The notes below the pieces were generated by a model, which saw only the letters and a list, made by a program, of their open reading frames with translations, was not told where the DNA came from and did not search any database. A stretch of DNA of 64,000 nucleotides from the NCBI GenBank assembly GCA_965248835.1, contig CBDFLJ010000002.1, forward strand, positions 2,240,001-2,304,000, given 5' to 3'. Origin of the DNA: Alphaproteobacteria bacterium. GTDB taxonomy: Bacteria; Pseudomonadota; Alphaproteobacteria; MPNO01. Below, piece by piece: positions 30,965 to 41,489 of this stretch. Numbering within the stretch: position 1 is the first letter of the stretch; every line of letters begins with the position of its first letter. The position numbers and the translations under genes were made by a program.

Positions 30965-31788
30965 CCTGCTTATCCCTGAGAGTCATCCGGCGATGAGAGC
31001 TTGGTAGGGCATGGGGTTGGTGCGCGCCGCGCTGTGGATGAAGCGTGGGATCATGGTCTGGAGTTGGCAGCGCCGGTTGTGGCACCAGGCGAAACTGACG
31101 AGGTAGCGTTCGGCGTGATCGGGGCCGAGCTTGCGATAGGTTCCGATGATCGCGCTCTTGATGTTGCCGAGCGTTGCGTTCACCCATTTGAACGGCGCCA
31201 TGCGGGCCGCCTCGCGGCCCGCGCCGGTACGGATCGCCCGATGGCCGTATTCGGCCACGGCGCGCACGCTCCAGCAGCCGAGGCCGTCAGTTACGACCTC
31301 TGCCCCAGAAGCCAGCCAGTGCTTGGCGCCGCGCCATCACCGCCATGATCTTCTGTTTCATGGTCCAGGCCGTCGGCTGCTTGACCCCGAGCCGGCGGCC
31401 GAGCTCCACCGAGGAGATGCCGTTCTTCGCCGTCACGATCAAGTGGATGGCCACGAACCACAGCGTCAGCGGCAGCTTGGTGGCATGGAAGATCGTCCCT
31501 GCCGTGGGCGAGATCTGCGTCTTGCACCGGTTGCATTGATACATCCCGCGCCGACCAAGAACGCAACGACCCCGATGGCCGCAAGATCGGCACACGAAGC
31601 CGTCCGGCCAACGCAGCCGAACCAGCGTCGAGCGGCACTGATCCTCCGTGCCGAACGCCTCGCGAAACGCCTCCTCGCTCAAACCGCGCACGCGCGATGC
31701 AACCTTGAACCTCATGACCGTGACCTCTTTATCTTAGAACACAAAGAGAACATTCCCTTTCAGTGGAGGACTATCAAGGATAAGCGGG
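30965..31788 (-). mobile_element. IS1595-family element, internally deleted
   Basis: IRs CCTGCTTATCCCTGA / TCAAGGATAAGCGGG; RWPDGFVC..C zinc ribbon, TAGTIF..TKLPL..W, WVN..LGN.K. Confidence 0.85.
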
Positions 31789-31897
31789 ATGTTTTTTCAT
31801 TATATAACAGAAGGTTAATAGAATATCGGCCAATGCACACCAACTTAGGTCCGGGGTGACGCGGGGAGCGCGGAGAGAAAAAGGGGAAGCGCGGCCG

Positions 31898-31985
31898 GCC
31901 CTTCATACGCGGCTCCGCCGCTACTCAGGATGAGGGGGTTTTTCCTCATCCCGAGTAGGTCCCGGAGGGACCGTATCGAGGGACG
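31898..31985. repeat. REP/RIME-like palindromic doublet
   Basis: CCCTTC.ATACG..TACTCAGGATGAG / CTCATCCCGAGTA..CGTATCGAGGG; related copy at 36913. Confidence 0.75.
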
Positions 31986-32086
31986 GCGCGGCGTCGTCGC
32001 GCCCGCGTTGTCTTGCAGGCCCGAAATCCATAGCCTACACGGGCTTCAACAGGGAAGGCGGCTCGTCGGAGCCTCATCGGAACGCG

Positions 32087-32962
32087 ATGCTCGGCCAGCA
32101 ATTGATCAACGGGTTGATGCTCGGCGCGTCCTACTCACTGGTCGCGATCGGCTACACGCTCATCTTCGGCGTGCTCCGCCTGCTCCATTTCGCCCATGGC
32201 GAGGTGTTCATGGTGGGCGCGTTCATCGGCCTGCACATCGTCCTCTGGTTAGCCTTTGCCAATATCTATCTTGCGATCGCGGGAGCGATGGCGGTCACCT
32301 CCCTGGTCGGCTGGATGATCGCCCGGTTTGCCGTGCAGCCGGTCGACAAGCGGTACCCGCTGGCGCCGCTTGTCAGCACGATCGGCGTGACGATCGTCCT
32401 GCAAAACCTAGCGATCAACATCTTCGGCGGCGAGCAGGTCGCGTTCCCCGAGACCATCGAGCAAATTCTTTACCGGATCGGCCCGCTGACCATCAGTTCC
32501 GTCCAGATCTTCATTCTGGTGGTGGCGCTGCTGTCGATGGCGGTGCTCTGGCTGTTCATCGACAGAACCAGGATGGGACGCGCGATCCGGGCGACTTCGG
32601 AAAGCCATGAGACGGCTGCCCTCCTCGGCGTCGACGTCAACCGCGTGGTCGTCGTCACCTTCATCGTCGCATCGGCGCTGGCGGGGGTCGCCGGGGTCCT
32701 CGACGGGGTCAAGAACAGCGCGATCACGCCGCATATGGGTCTCGAGGTCGCGGTCAAGGCGCTCGTCGTCATGCTGCTCGGCGGGTTGGGCAACGTGCCG
32801 GGCGCGATGGTGGGCGGCATCCTGCTCGGCATGGTCGAGATTCTGACGGCGAGCTATCTCGGCACCAGCGTCCGCGACTTCTTCACCTTCGTGATCCTGA
32901 TCCTGCTGCTGCTCTATCGGCCCACCGGGCTGTTCGGCACGCGGCCCACCGAGTCGGGCTAG
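32087..32962 (+). CDS. livH: Branched-chain amino acid-type ABC permease
   Basis: QQLINGLMLG..Y.L.AIG.TLIFG...FAHG, GRAIRA, LGGLGN..GA. Confidence 0.92.
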   Translation: MLGQQLINGLMLGASYSLVAIGYTLIFGVLRLLHFAHGEVFMVGAFIGLHIVLWLAFANIYLAIAGAMAVTSLVGWMIARFAVQPVDKRYPLAPLVSTIGVTIVLQNLAINIFGGEQVAFPETIEQILYRIGPLTISSVQIFILVVALLSMAVLWLFIDRTRMGRAIRATSESHETAALLGVDVNRVVVVTFIVASALAGVAGVLDGVKNSAITPHMGLEVAVKALVVMLLGGLGNVPGAMVGGILLGMVEILTASYLGTSVRDFFTFVILILLLLYRPTGLFGTRPTESG

Positions 32963-32976
32963 GCGGGGCGGGCGCG

Positions 32977-33924
32977 GTGATCGACGAATATATCCGCTCG
33001 GTGCTGATCTTCGCCGGGATCAACGTCATTGCCGCCTACAGCTTCTACGTCCCGTTCAAGACCGGACAGATCTCGCTCGGACAGGCCGGGTTCATGGGGG
33101 TCGGGGCCTATGCGGCCGGTATCGTGACCGCCAAGCTCGGCCTGCCGTTCCCGCTTGGCCTGTTGGCCGGCGGCGTTGCCGCCGGGCTGATCGGCGTCGG
33201 GGTCGGTTTTCCGGCGCTCCGCATCAGGGGCATCTATTTGCTGCTGCTGACGCTCGGCTTTGCCGAGATCGTCCAGGTGATCATCCTGACCTGGGACTAT
33301 ACCGGCGGCGCGCAGGGCTTTCAGAACATCCCGTACCTGGAGAACGCCCTCATCTGGATCTACGCCATCGTTGCCGTGCTGATCGTATTCTTCGCGCGTC
33401 TCGAACGCTCCAGCCTCGGCCGCGCGATGGATTCCGTGCACGAAGACGAGACCGCGGCCGAGGTGATGGGGGTCGACGTCGTCCGCGTCAAGCTCTTCGC
33501 CTTCGGGCTCGGTGCCTTCATCGCCGGTCTCGCGGGCGCGCTCTTCGCCCATTACTCCACCTATGTCGATTCGGTCACCTTCAACATCCTCGTCGGCGTC
33601 GAGATTCTGATGTTCACCCTCGTCGGCGGCGGGTTCAGCTATTGGGGACCCCTGTTCGGCGCGATGTTCCTTTCGCTATTGCCGGAATTCCTGCGCGCGC
33701 TCAGGGATCCGATGGAGTTGATCCCCGTCTCGTGGACCGAGGACGCGCCGTGGAACTACGTCTACGACGCCGTCTACGAGTTCCTCGACTTCGAGAACGA
33801 GAAGCGCCTGATCATCTACGGCCTCGTTCTCATCGTCATGATGGTCCTCAGGCCCCAGGGCCTGATCACCCGGAGCACGATACGGCCGTTTCAATTCGTG
33901 CAGCGGCGGTTGGACAATGTCTGA
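32977..33924 (+). CDS. livM: Branched-chain amino acid-type ABC permease
   Basis: GQISLGQAGF..VGAY, LR.RG.Y...TLGFAEI, GR...EDE.AA..MG, RPQG. Confidence 0.92.
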   Translation: MIDEYIRSVLIFAGINVIAAYSFYVPFKTGQISLGQAGFMGVGAYAAGIVTAKLGLPFPLGLLAGGVAAGLIGVGVGFPALRIRGIYLLLLTLGFAEIVQVIILTWDYTGGAQGFQNIPYLENALIWIYAIVAVLIVFFARLERSSLGRAMDSVHEDETAAEVMGVDVVRVKLFAFGLGAFIAGLAGALFAHYSTYVDSVTFNILVGVEILMFTLVGGGFSYWGPLFGAMFLSLLPEFLRALRDPMELIPVSWTEDAPWNYVYDAVYEFLDFENEKRLIIYGLVLIVMMVLRPQGLITRSTIRPFQFVQRRLDNV

Positions 33925-34717
33925 GGCGACCGACGGCCTGTGCCTCCGGGCGGCCGGCCTGACCAAGCGGTTCGGCGGTTTCCATGCGCTCCGCGATGTC
34001 GATATCGCGGTGCGCGAGGGGAGCATCCACGCGGTGATCGGCCCCAACGGCGCCGGCAAGACGACGCTGTTCAACCTCCTGTCCGGGGTCGTGGCGCCCG
34101 ATTCCGGAGACATCCACTTTCGCGACCGGCCGCTCGGGCGGCTCAGGCCGCACCGGCGCGCGGCGCTCGGCATCGCCAGGACCTTCCAGAACATTCGCCT
34201 GTTCGGCCACATGACCGTGCTCGAGAACGTGATGCTCGGCGAACACTGGCGCACCTACCCGTCGCTCTGGCGGTCGTTCCTGAAGGCGGCCCTGCACCGC
34301 CCGTTCGGAGAGGCCCGGGAGGAGACCGAGATGCGGCGCCGGGCGCTGGAGACCCTCGAATTCGTCGGGCTCGCGGGGAAGCGCCATTCCATGGCGACGG
34401 ATCTGCCCTATGGCGAGCAGCGCCTGCTGGAGCTCGGCCGCGCGCTCGCGATGGAGCCGCGGCTTCTGCTTCTGGACGAGCCGTCGGCGGGGATGAACAT
34501 CCGGGAGACCGAGGATCTCGACACGCTGATCTGCCGGGTGCGCGACCGGGGCGTGACCGTCGCTCTCGTCGAGCACGACATGAACCTGGTGATGGGAATT
34601 TCCGATTGGATCACGGTGCTCAATTTCGGCAACAAGATCGCCGAAGGGCGTCCGTCCGAGGTGCAGCGCAATCCCACGGTCATCGAGGCCTATCTCGGCG
34701 AAGAGGAGATGCTGTGA
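33917..34717 (+). CDS. livG: ABC ATP-binding protein
   Basis: GPNGAGKTT, ARTFQN, LPYG, LLLDEP, VEHDM, EAYLG. Confidence 0.93.
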   Translation: MSEATDGLCLRAAGLTKRFGGFHALRDVDIAVREGSIHAVIGPNGAGKTTLFNLLSGVVAPDSGDIHFRDRPLGRLRPHRRAALGIARTFQNIRLFGHMTVLENVMLGEHWRTYPSLWRSFLKAALHRPFGEAREETEMRRRALETLEFVGLAGKRHSMATDLPYGEQRLLELGRALAMEPRLLLLDEPSAGMNIRETEDLDTLICRVRDRGVTVALVEHDMNLVMGISDWITVLNFGNKIAEGRPSEVQRNPTVIEAYLGEEEML

Positions 34718-35433
34718 CGATCCTCGAGATCGACGATCTCCACGCCGGCTACGGCCAGATCCGGGTGCTGCACGGGGTCGCCCTCTCCATCGAGCGCGGC
34801 GAGATCGTCGCCCTCATCGGTGCCAACGGGGCCGGGAAGACCACGCTTTTGAAAACGATTTCCGGGCTGATCCGGCCGACCGGCGGACGGGTTGTCTTCT
34901 CGGGCCGAGACATCGCCCGGCAACCGGCGCACAGGACGGTCGAGATGGGGATCTGCCAGGTCGCGGAGGGGCGGGCAATCCTCAAGCGGATGACGGTCCT
35001 CGAAAACCTCAAGATGGGGGCGCATACGAGGAGGGATGCGGAAATCGACGCGGATATCGGAGAGATGCTGGAGAAATTTCCGGCGCTCCACGAACGGCAA
35101 ACGCTGCCGGCCGGAACCCTGAGCGGCGGCGAGCAGCAGATGCTGGCGATCGGCCGGGCGTTAATGGCGCGGCCCAAATTGTTGCTGCTGGACGAGCCCT
35201 CGCTCGGCCTGGCGCCGATGATAATCACTCAGATTTTCCGCACGCTGCGCGATCTCAGGGAGGAGGGCAATACGATCTTCCTCGTCGAGCAGAACGCCCG
35301 GCGGGCGCTCCAGCTCGCGGATCGGGGCTACGTGATGGAGCGGGGGCGGATCGCCCTTGAAGGCTTGGGCGAGAATCTCTTGAACGATCCCGGGGTTCAG
35401 CGCACCTATCTTGGGAAACACGCCGGCGAGTAG
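34714..35433 (+). CDS. livF: ABC ATP-binding protein
   Basis: GANGAGKTT, LSGGEQQMLAIGRALM, DEPSLGLAP, VEQN; GTG overlapping upstream stop. Confidence 0.93.
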   Translation: MTILEIDDLHAGYGQIRVLHGVALSIERGEIVALIGANGAGKTTLLKTISGLIRPTGGRVVFSGRDIARQPAHRTVEMGICQVAEGRAILKRMTVLENLKMGAHTRRDAEIDADIGEMLEKFPALHERQTLPAGTLSGGEQQMLAIGRALMARPKLLLLDEPSLGLAPMIITQIFRTLRDLREEGNTIFLVEQNARRALQLADRGYVMERGRIALEGLGENLLNDPGVQRTYLGKHAGE

Positions 35434-35681
35434 CGCGGTTCCCCGGCATCGAGGCGGTTTCGCTTCCGATCCTCCTCCCGTCCCCGCAAGCGCGGGGAGG
35501 GACACTTCATTTCGTCATGATCGGCCTGCGCCGACCATGACGAAGCGGGGCAACGCCGGTAACGGTTCCAACGAAACCGGACACCCTCCGGTTCGATTCC
35601 CCGGGAACGGGATCGAAACCGGGCTACCTGACAGCGCGAAATGCGGCTATCCTGGCTGTAAATCAGATGAGGAGGCATCCG

Positions 35682-36851
35682 ATGATGAAACGACAATTAT
35701 TGCTGGCGACGACCGTCGGCGCGGCTGCTTTGGTGGCGTTCTCGGCGATGCCCGGGGCGGCCGAGCTCTCCGGTCGGTCGGTGAAGGTGGGTGCCCTGGT
35801 GCCGGTGACCGGCAAGGGGGCGGAGTGGGGCTATACGGCACGCGAGTCGATCAAGATCGCCCAGGACGAGATCAACACCGCGGGCGGCATTGGCGGGGTT
35901 CCGCTGAAGGTCATTTACTGGGACACCCAGTCGAAGGAATCCGAGGGCATCAAGGGCTTCAAGAAGCTGGTGACCCGCGACAAGGTGCTCGCGGTGATGG
36001 GGCCCTGCTTCAGCTCGATCTACGAGATTCTGGCGCCGCAGCTCGAGCGCTACAAGGTGCCGATGATCTCCTATTGCTCGTCCAAGCCCGGGCTCTCGGC
36101 GATGAGCCAATGGGCGTTCAGAAACACGCTCACCAGCGACAAGCAGCTCGACCCGGTGGTCAAGGCGTGGGTCGGCGAATACAAGATAAAGTCGGCCGTG
36201 ATTATCCATGACCTCGAAGACGCCGTTTCCAAGGCCGAAGGCGCCAAGATCCTTCCGGTGCTGCTCAAGAAATACGGCGTCAAGCTGCTCGACATGTTGA
36301 CCTACCGGACCAAGGACACCGATTTCTCGGCCCAGATCACCAAAGCCAAGGCGCTCAACCCGGACGGAGTGGCGCTGGGCTCGTGCTATCAGCAGGCTGC
36401 CGGGATCGTAAAGGAGGCCCGCAAGCAGGGCCTCGCGGCGCCCTTCGTCGGCGGGGCCTGCTCGGGCTCGCCCGGGTTCATCCAGCTCGGCGGCAAGGCG
36501 ACCGAGGGCAGCTACATGTCGACGGCCGCGTGGATCGACGATCCGAGAGCGTCGGTGCAGGCCTATGTGAAGAAGATCCAGGCCGCCAACAAGGGCAGGA
36601 AGCCGCCCTATGGCGGTCCCCGGTCCTATGATTCCACCTACATCCTGAAGATGATCATGGAGGGTCAGGGGGTCACCAACAAGTCCGGCGACCTCGAAGC
36701 CGACCGGGATCGCATCCGCCAAGGCTGGGCGGCGTTGAAGGGCTATGACGGGATTTCCGGCGAGACGACCATGAACGAGGTCGGCGACGGCTCGGGCGCG
36801 AGCGCCATTCTCAAGGTGGTCGCCGGCAAATACGTCAACGTGAACAAGTAG
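35682..36851 (+). CDS. ABC substrate-binding protein (Leu/Ile/Val-binding family)
   Basis: Signal peptide, VKVG..P.TG, IN..GGI.G, DFSAQITK; RBS GAGGAGG. Confidence 0.9.
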   Translation: MMKRQLLLATTVGAAALVAFSAMPGAAELSGRSVKVGALVPVTGKGAEWGYTARESIKIAQDEINTAGGIGGVPLKVIYWDTQSKESEGIKGFKKLVTRDKVLAVMGPCFSSIYEILAPQLERYKVPMISYCSSKPGLSAMSQWAFRNTLTSDKQLDPVVKAWVGEYKIKSAVIIHDLEDAVSKAEGAKILPVLLKKYGVKLLDMLTYRTKDTDFSAQITKAKALNPDGVALGSCYQQAAGIVKEARKQGLAAPFVGGACSGSPGFIQLGGKATEGSYMSTAAWIDDPRASVQAYVKKIQAANKGRKPPYGGPRSYDSTYILKMIMEGQGVTNKSGDLEADRDRIRQGWAALKGYDGISGETTMNEVGDGSGASAILKVVAGKYVNVNK

Positions 36852-36858
36852 CCTCGTC

Positions 36859-36892
36859 CCCGGGAACGGGGCCCCGCGGCGCCGTTCCCGGG
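36859..36892 (+). terminator. GC-rich stem-loop after the ABC operon
   Basis: CCCGGGAACGG / CCGTTCCCGGG; no U-tract. Confidence 0.45.
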
Positions 36893-36912
36893 CGACCCTA
36901 GGGCAAGCCCGC

Positions 36913-37008
36913 GCCCTTCGATACGCCGCTTCGCGGTTACTCAGAGTGGGGGTAGACCACGAATCTCCCTCATCCCGAGTAGGCGCGAGAGCGCCGTATC
37001 GAGAGACG
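36913..37008. repeat. REP/RIME-like palindromic doublet
   Basis: Homologous to 31898-31985. Confidence 0.75.
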
Positions 37009-37084
37009 CACGCTTTCGGCGCCCTCCCCCGCCCTTCCCCGACGCGCCGAGGTAATGCACAAAAGGGGGTGGCGAGGGAGAGCG

Positions 37085-37200
37085 AATGATCGCGCGCATT
37101 CTTTCGGCGGGGCCGTCGAGGCGCGGACGGTTACCGACTCGGCCGGCCGTGTCTTCGAAATCCCCGACAACGTCACCCGCGTGGCCGCTGCGAGGCCTCG
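37085..37200 (+). pseudogene. Iron/B12 ABC substrate-binding protein N-terminal remnant
   Basis: ARTVTDSAGR..EIP..V.RV motif only. Confidence 0.5.
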
Positions 37201-37272
37201 CAGATCGCCTCGACGTCCGCCGTGTCGTTCTTCTGCCGCTTTACGAACGGCTCTGGTTAGAAACCCGGCCGC

Positions 37273-37875
37273 TCAGATCTCCGTCACGCCGGCGCGCTCG
37301 CAGAGATACTCCCACGTGCGATCGTGACCGCGCATCGTGCGCTGGCCGGTCTCGTTCACGAAATCGATCTGGCCTTGGGTCAGATATTTGATCGGCCCGA
37401 GCTTCAGCCCATCGAGAATCGCAATCGCGTTGCGTTTCATCGCCAGCGCGATACCCACGGCGTTAGGAATCGTCGCGCCGGCCACGGTCGCGCCGTGAGC
37501 TCGCATGATCACCGCCCGGCCCCGACTGAGCACGGCGGAAAGGTCCTGGCCTTGATCGTTGGTCGTGACCAGGAAGTCGGTGTCTCCGAATTTGTCGGTG
37601 ATATCCCAAACCGGTACCGGCCCGCCGATGACCCGCGCGTTGTGGGTTGCCGGCCGCATCTCGCTTCCAGTGACGGCGAATGGAAGGACTTCCTGGCAGT
37701 GGTGGTGGATCACCGACTGCACGTCCGGCCGTGCTTGAAAGGTCATGCCGTGTATCGGCCGCTCGATATAGAGCGGCGTATCGGTGGGCTTGACCGGCGT
37801 GTTGTCGAGGTTGAACTCGACGAGATCATCCATCGTCACCAAGCTGGGACTGCGCGAGCGCGACAGGAAGTAGGT
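37273..37875 (-). pseudogene. Class II aldolase copy 2, C-terminal part (cut by IS5)
   Basis: Same protein sequence as 24736-25455 from TYFLSRS onward. Confidence 0.93.
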
Positions 37876-39207
37876 GGAGACCTCTAACAACCGGGGGATT
37901 TGACGAAGATTTCGGTGTGCTGTCCGACTTTCGCTGAGATCGGCGGTGTTGACGTCCGCAATCATCCGCCGTTTCGTTCTCGGCGGAGGGTTTTGGCGCT
38001 ATTCGGGCGGACTCATGCCATGGCGGCGCTGCGCTCATGGAAGATCAGACGCTGGAAATTATAAGCCAGGTTGGCGAGGCCGATCTTGGCCGCCGCCCGC
38101 TCGAGCCCGATGGTACGGACGAACAGGCCCATGCGATCCTTCTGCTGGGCGAAGACGTGCTCGACATGCGCACGGACCGCTGACTTGCGGGCATTGGCCC
38201 GGGCGGTCGCCTTGGGCATGGCCCGGCCCGGCGGCTTCTTGCGGTGGATGTGGGAGACCCGACCCTTGCCGGCCAGCCACGCCTCGTTGGCCTTCGAGCG
38301 ATAGGCGCTGTCGGCCCACACGCCGGCGGCCAGATTGTCGCCGGTGACGAGATGACGCAACATCTTGCCGTCATGGCGGGCGGCATCGGTCACTGCCGAG
38401 CTGCGGATGAAGCCGTAGGCCCGATCGATGACGACATGGGCTGCGCGGGCTTACGCCGCGCCACTGGCGCGACGGTCCTGCTCGCTGTAGCCGAACACCG
38501 GGATCGCGATGTCGGGCATGCGCCGTTGCGCCCCGGCGGGGTTCTTGCGCCGCCCGGTCTTCACCGTCCACCGCGCATCCGTGTCCTTCTGCGCCGCCTT
38601 GGCCGGCTGATCGGGCCAGATCTCGGATGCCCTCTTGCCTGCCTTGATCGCCGCCTTCTCGTCGTCGCTGTTGCGCTGCTTGGGCGCCGATACCAACGTC
38701 GCATCGACGATCTGCCCGCCCATCGCCAGATAGCCGCACCGGCGCAGTTCGCCATCGAAGGCGGCAAACAGCTTATCCATCGCCCCGGCCCGGACCAGAC
38801 GCTCGCGAAAGATCCATATGGTGTTGCGGTCCGGCGTCGGCGCTCCGAGATCGAAGCCCAGGAAGCGAAGCCAGCTCAAGCGGTCGCGGATCAGAAACTC
38901 CATCCGCTCGTCGCTCACCGTGTGCCGCGCGGCCAGGATCAGTACCTTGAACATCGCCACCGCATCGTAGGCCGGGCGGCCGCCTTTCGATCCGTCCGAA
39001 TAGCCCAGCGCCGCCTCAAGCGGCGCGCGGAAAATCTCGAAGTCGACGACCTGCGCCAGCACCTCCAACGGATCGCCCGTCGCCGATAGCTTCCGAAGAT
39101 GATCCGGTAAGCCGAACAGACCAGCCTGCCTCATCAATACCTCCTCGAACCGAACCGCCGCAGAGAATCACAACCAGGCAAAATTCGCGAGGTAAATGGA
39201 GGCGTCC
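37876..39207 (-). mobile_element. IS5-family element (1332 bp), copy A; transposase interrupted by an in-frame stop
   Basis: Ends GGACGCCTCC / GAGGTCTCC; GGRP.YD, DRLSW.RFLG, GQIVDATLV, ADSAY, RA.VEHVF. Confidence 0.93.
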
Positions 39208-39283
39208 AGCTCGGCGCGAGTGCCGATTCTCTCCCGACTCTGCCTCATCGATCGATGGATCGAAGAGAGGAGGCAGGGGCTCG

Positions 39284-39430
39284 ATGAAGAGGATCGGCAT
39301 GATGAGCATCAAGGAGATTCTTCGGCACCGTCACGGGCTGGGCTTGCCGCTGGCGCAGCTAGGGGTCGCGACCGGCGTGAGCGCGGGGACGGTCTCGCAC
39401 GTTCTGGAGCGTGCGTCGGCGGCGGGGCTG
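39284..39430 (+). pseudogene. istA: IS21 IstA N-terminal fragment
   Basis: M..IKEILR....GL......GVS..TV..L.RA..AGL HTH; fused to unrelated sequence. Confidence 0.6.
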
Positions 39431-39736
39431 GCCGAAGCGGTGGCGCTGGATGTGCTCCAGATCTGGATCTCAGACCTGCACCGCACGGTCGAGGAGCGCG
39501 CCGGGACGCTCGACATCGCCGACGGCGACCAGCTCGACAAGTGGCGCGAGGGATTGCGCGTCAACCGCATCGCGCCCGCCCGCCACCGCGCGCAGGGGCT
39601 GGAGCGTTTCAACACCGCGCTCGCGGTGGTGGAAAAACTCCACCTGATCGAGACCGAGCTCGCCAGCGCGCTCTCGGCCGATCTGCGCGCCGCGCTCGCC
39701 TTCTCGCGCGGCGGCGCGGCCGCCGGGTCGCGGTAG
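39430..39736 (+). pseudogene. Possible F-type TraH C-terminal fragment
   Basis: Helical segment immediately upstream of a traG-like start, matching traH-traG order; weak motif support. Confidence 0.45.
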
Positions 39737-39756
39737 TCCCGCGGGAATCGCGTCTC

Positions 39757-40031
39757 CATATACGAGATCTTCACCCTCGGCGGCGGCGCCTACCTCGTCG
39801 ACCTGCTGAACGCGGTCGCGGCGATCGCCGGCGGCGGGGCCTATGTGGATCAGGCCCAGCTCGCCGGCGCCGCCGGGATCGGCTGGGTCCCGTTCCGCAC
39901 CGCCTTCGGGGGATCGTGGAAGGACAACGCCAAGTGGATGCCGCTGTTCGTCACCGTCTGGGGCGCGATGATCGTGCCCAAGGCGACGGTCCGGGTGGTC
40001 GACCGGCTCGATCCGGCGCTGGCACCTTGAT
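39757..40031 (+). pseudogene. traG: F-type conjugal transfer TraG N-terminal fragment
   Basis: YEIFTLGGG.YL..LLNAVAA, VPK..V.V.DR. Confidence 0.7.
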
Positions 40032-40515
40032 GAGGTGTTTGTCTGGATCAACGGCGCGACACATCATCTATGGCGCGCGGTTGATCACGAAGGGGAGGTG
40101 CCTGGGGTTTTTGCCGCGAAGCGGCGGGGTCGCAGGGCAGCGCTGAAGTTGCTGAAGCGCACGATGAAGCGCTATGGCCGGCCGGCTTCGGTCATACCGG
40201 GCGGCGTTGCAGGGGATCGGCAACGAGGTTCGCCAAGAGACCGGACGACGGCTCGACAACCGGGCCGAAAACGCGCACCAGCCGATCCGAGGACGAGAAC
40301 GGACGATGGTCAAATTCAGGGACGTAGAGACCGAGCAAAAATCCGCCGCCGTCCACGCCTCGATCCACAACCGCTTCAACCACCAACGCATCTCGACCGC
40401 CGCGACATTTTCAAACAAGACCGAGCCGCCGCCCTGGCCGAGTGGCGTCAACGAGCAGCCTGAAGGCGCTCGATTGCAGGTTCTACAAGTCCTGTCCTGT
40501 TAGTCTGACAATGCC
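40030..40515 (+). mobile_element. IS6-family remnant (3' part and right end)
   Basis: DEVFV.ING..H.LWRAVD.EGEV; TTAGTCTGACAATGCC end. Confidence 0.85.
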
Positions 40516-40544
40516 TAGAATGGGGCCGGTCACGGGCCGTGAGA

Positions 40545-40670
40545 CCGGGTTCCGGACAGCGGCCGAATAGGCACGGCATTTATCCGCGACCAGAGTGCGT
40601 GGCGCCCTGCCTTGTCTCTTCAGCAGCTTCCGCGTCAACTTACGGGCTGCAAGTGTGTCTCGCTCGCCGT
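40545..40670 (-). mobile_element. Fragment of a different IS6-type transposase
   Basis: RDT.AARK..RKLLK.QG.APR..V.DK..Y.AA. Confidence 0.6.
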
Positions 40671-40698
40671 GTAAACCAATTGCTGGAGGAAACTTGAC

Positions 40699-41340
40699 TT
40701 GACCGATATTGGCGTTGACGAGATGACGGCCGCGGTGATCGCCATAGACTGCCACCGCGGGCACCTGGACCCCGAGGTGGCGACCATGCCGGCGGCACCC
40801 GATGTGGCGCAGCGCCTGATCGAGGCGAACCGGCGCTTCCTCGGGCAGTGCCGAGAGCGCGGCGTTCCCATCGTTCACGTCGTCACCTCGTACCGCGACG
40901 TTGCGGAGATCCGGGCCAATCCATTCTGGCACACGCGTGCCGACGACGCCGAAGCGACGCGCAAGAACGTCGAGCGGCACAACATCGAAGGGTCAGTCGG
41001 CTGCGAGATCATTCCATCCCTCTTTGACGCGGCCAACGACTGGGTGGTCGATACCAAGAAGCGCTATGACTGCTTCGTTGGCACCGACCTCGATTTCTTG
41101 CTGAAGTCGCATGGGGTCAACACGCTCCTCATTACCGGCATCAACACCAACAGCTGTGTGCTGGCCACGGTCGCCGCCGCCAACGTGCGCGACTACGCCC
41201 CCGTCGTTGTCGAGGACTGTGTCGATACCATGGATGGGCCGGAGCTGCATGACGCGGCGCTCTTGTGCATCAGGACGGCGCTAGGCTGGGTGATGAGCAG
41301 CGAGCGCGTCGTCCAGAGCCTACTGGAAGGTACCTCATGA
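40699..41340 (+). CDS. Cysteine hydrolase (isochorismatase family)
   Basis: ID, KKRYD.F..T.LD, TG.NTN.CV..T, D; TTG start after GGAGGA. Confidence 0.9.
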   Translation: MTDIGVDEMTAAVIAIDCHRGHLDPEVATMPAAPDVAQRLIEANRRFLGQCRERGVPIVHVVTSYRDVAEIRANPFWHTRADDAEATRKNVERHNIEGSVGCEIIPSLFDAANDWVVDTKKRYDCFVGTDLDFLLKSHGVNTLLITGINTNSCVLATVAAANVRDYAPVVVEDCVDTMDGPELHDAALLCIRTALGWVMSSERVVQSLLEGTS

Positions 41341-41489
41341 GCCGGCCCTCAGGCGAGGGTTTGGCCAGGCCTGGAACGATATAAAGACGAAGAAATTGGC
41401 CGCCGCATAAGACGGTCGGGACACGGGCAAAGGCCTCATACGAGCGCGCGCCGCCGGGGCCGGAGGAAGCGAGAGGAGCCGAGAGAAAA

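Noticed and set aside
39284-39736. 150-aa ORF that looks like a novel HTH fusion protein
   Set aside because: Better explained as a deletion joining an IstA N-terminus to a conjugation-gene C-terminus
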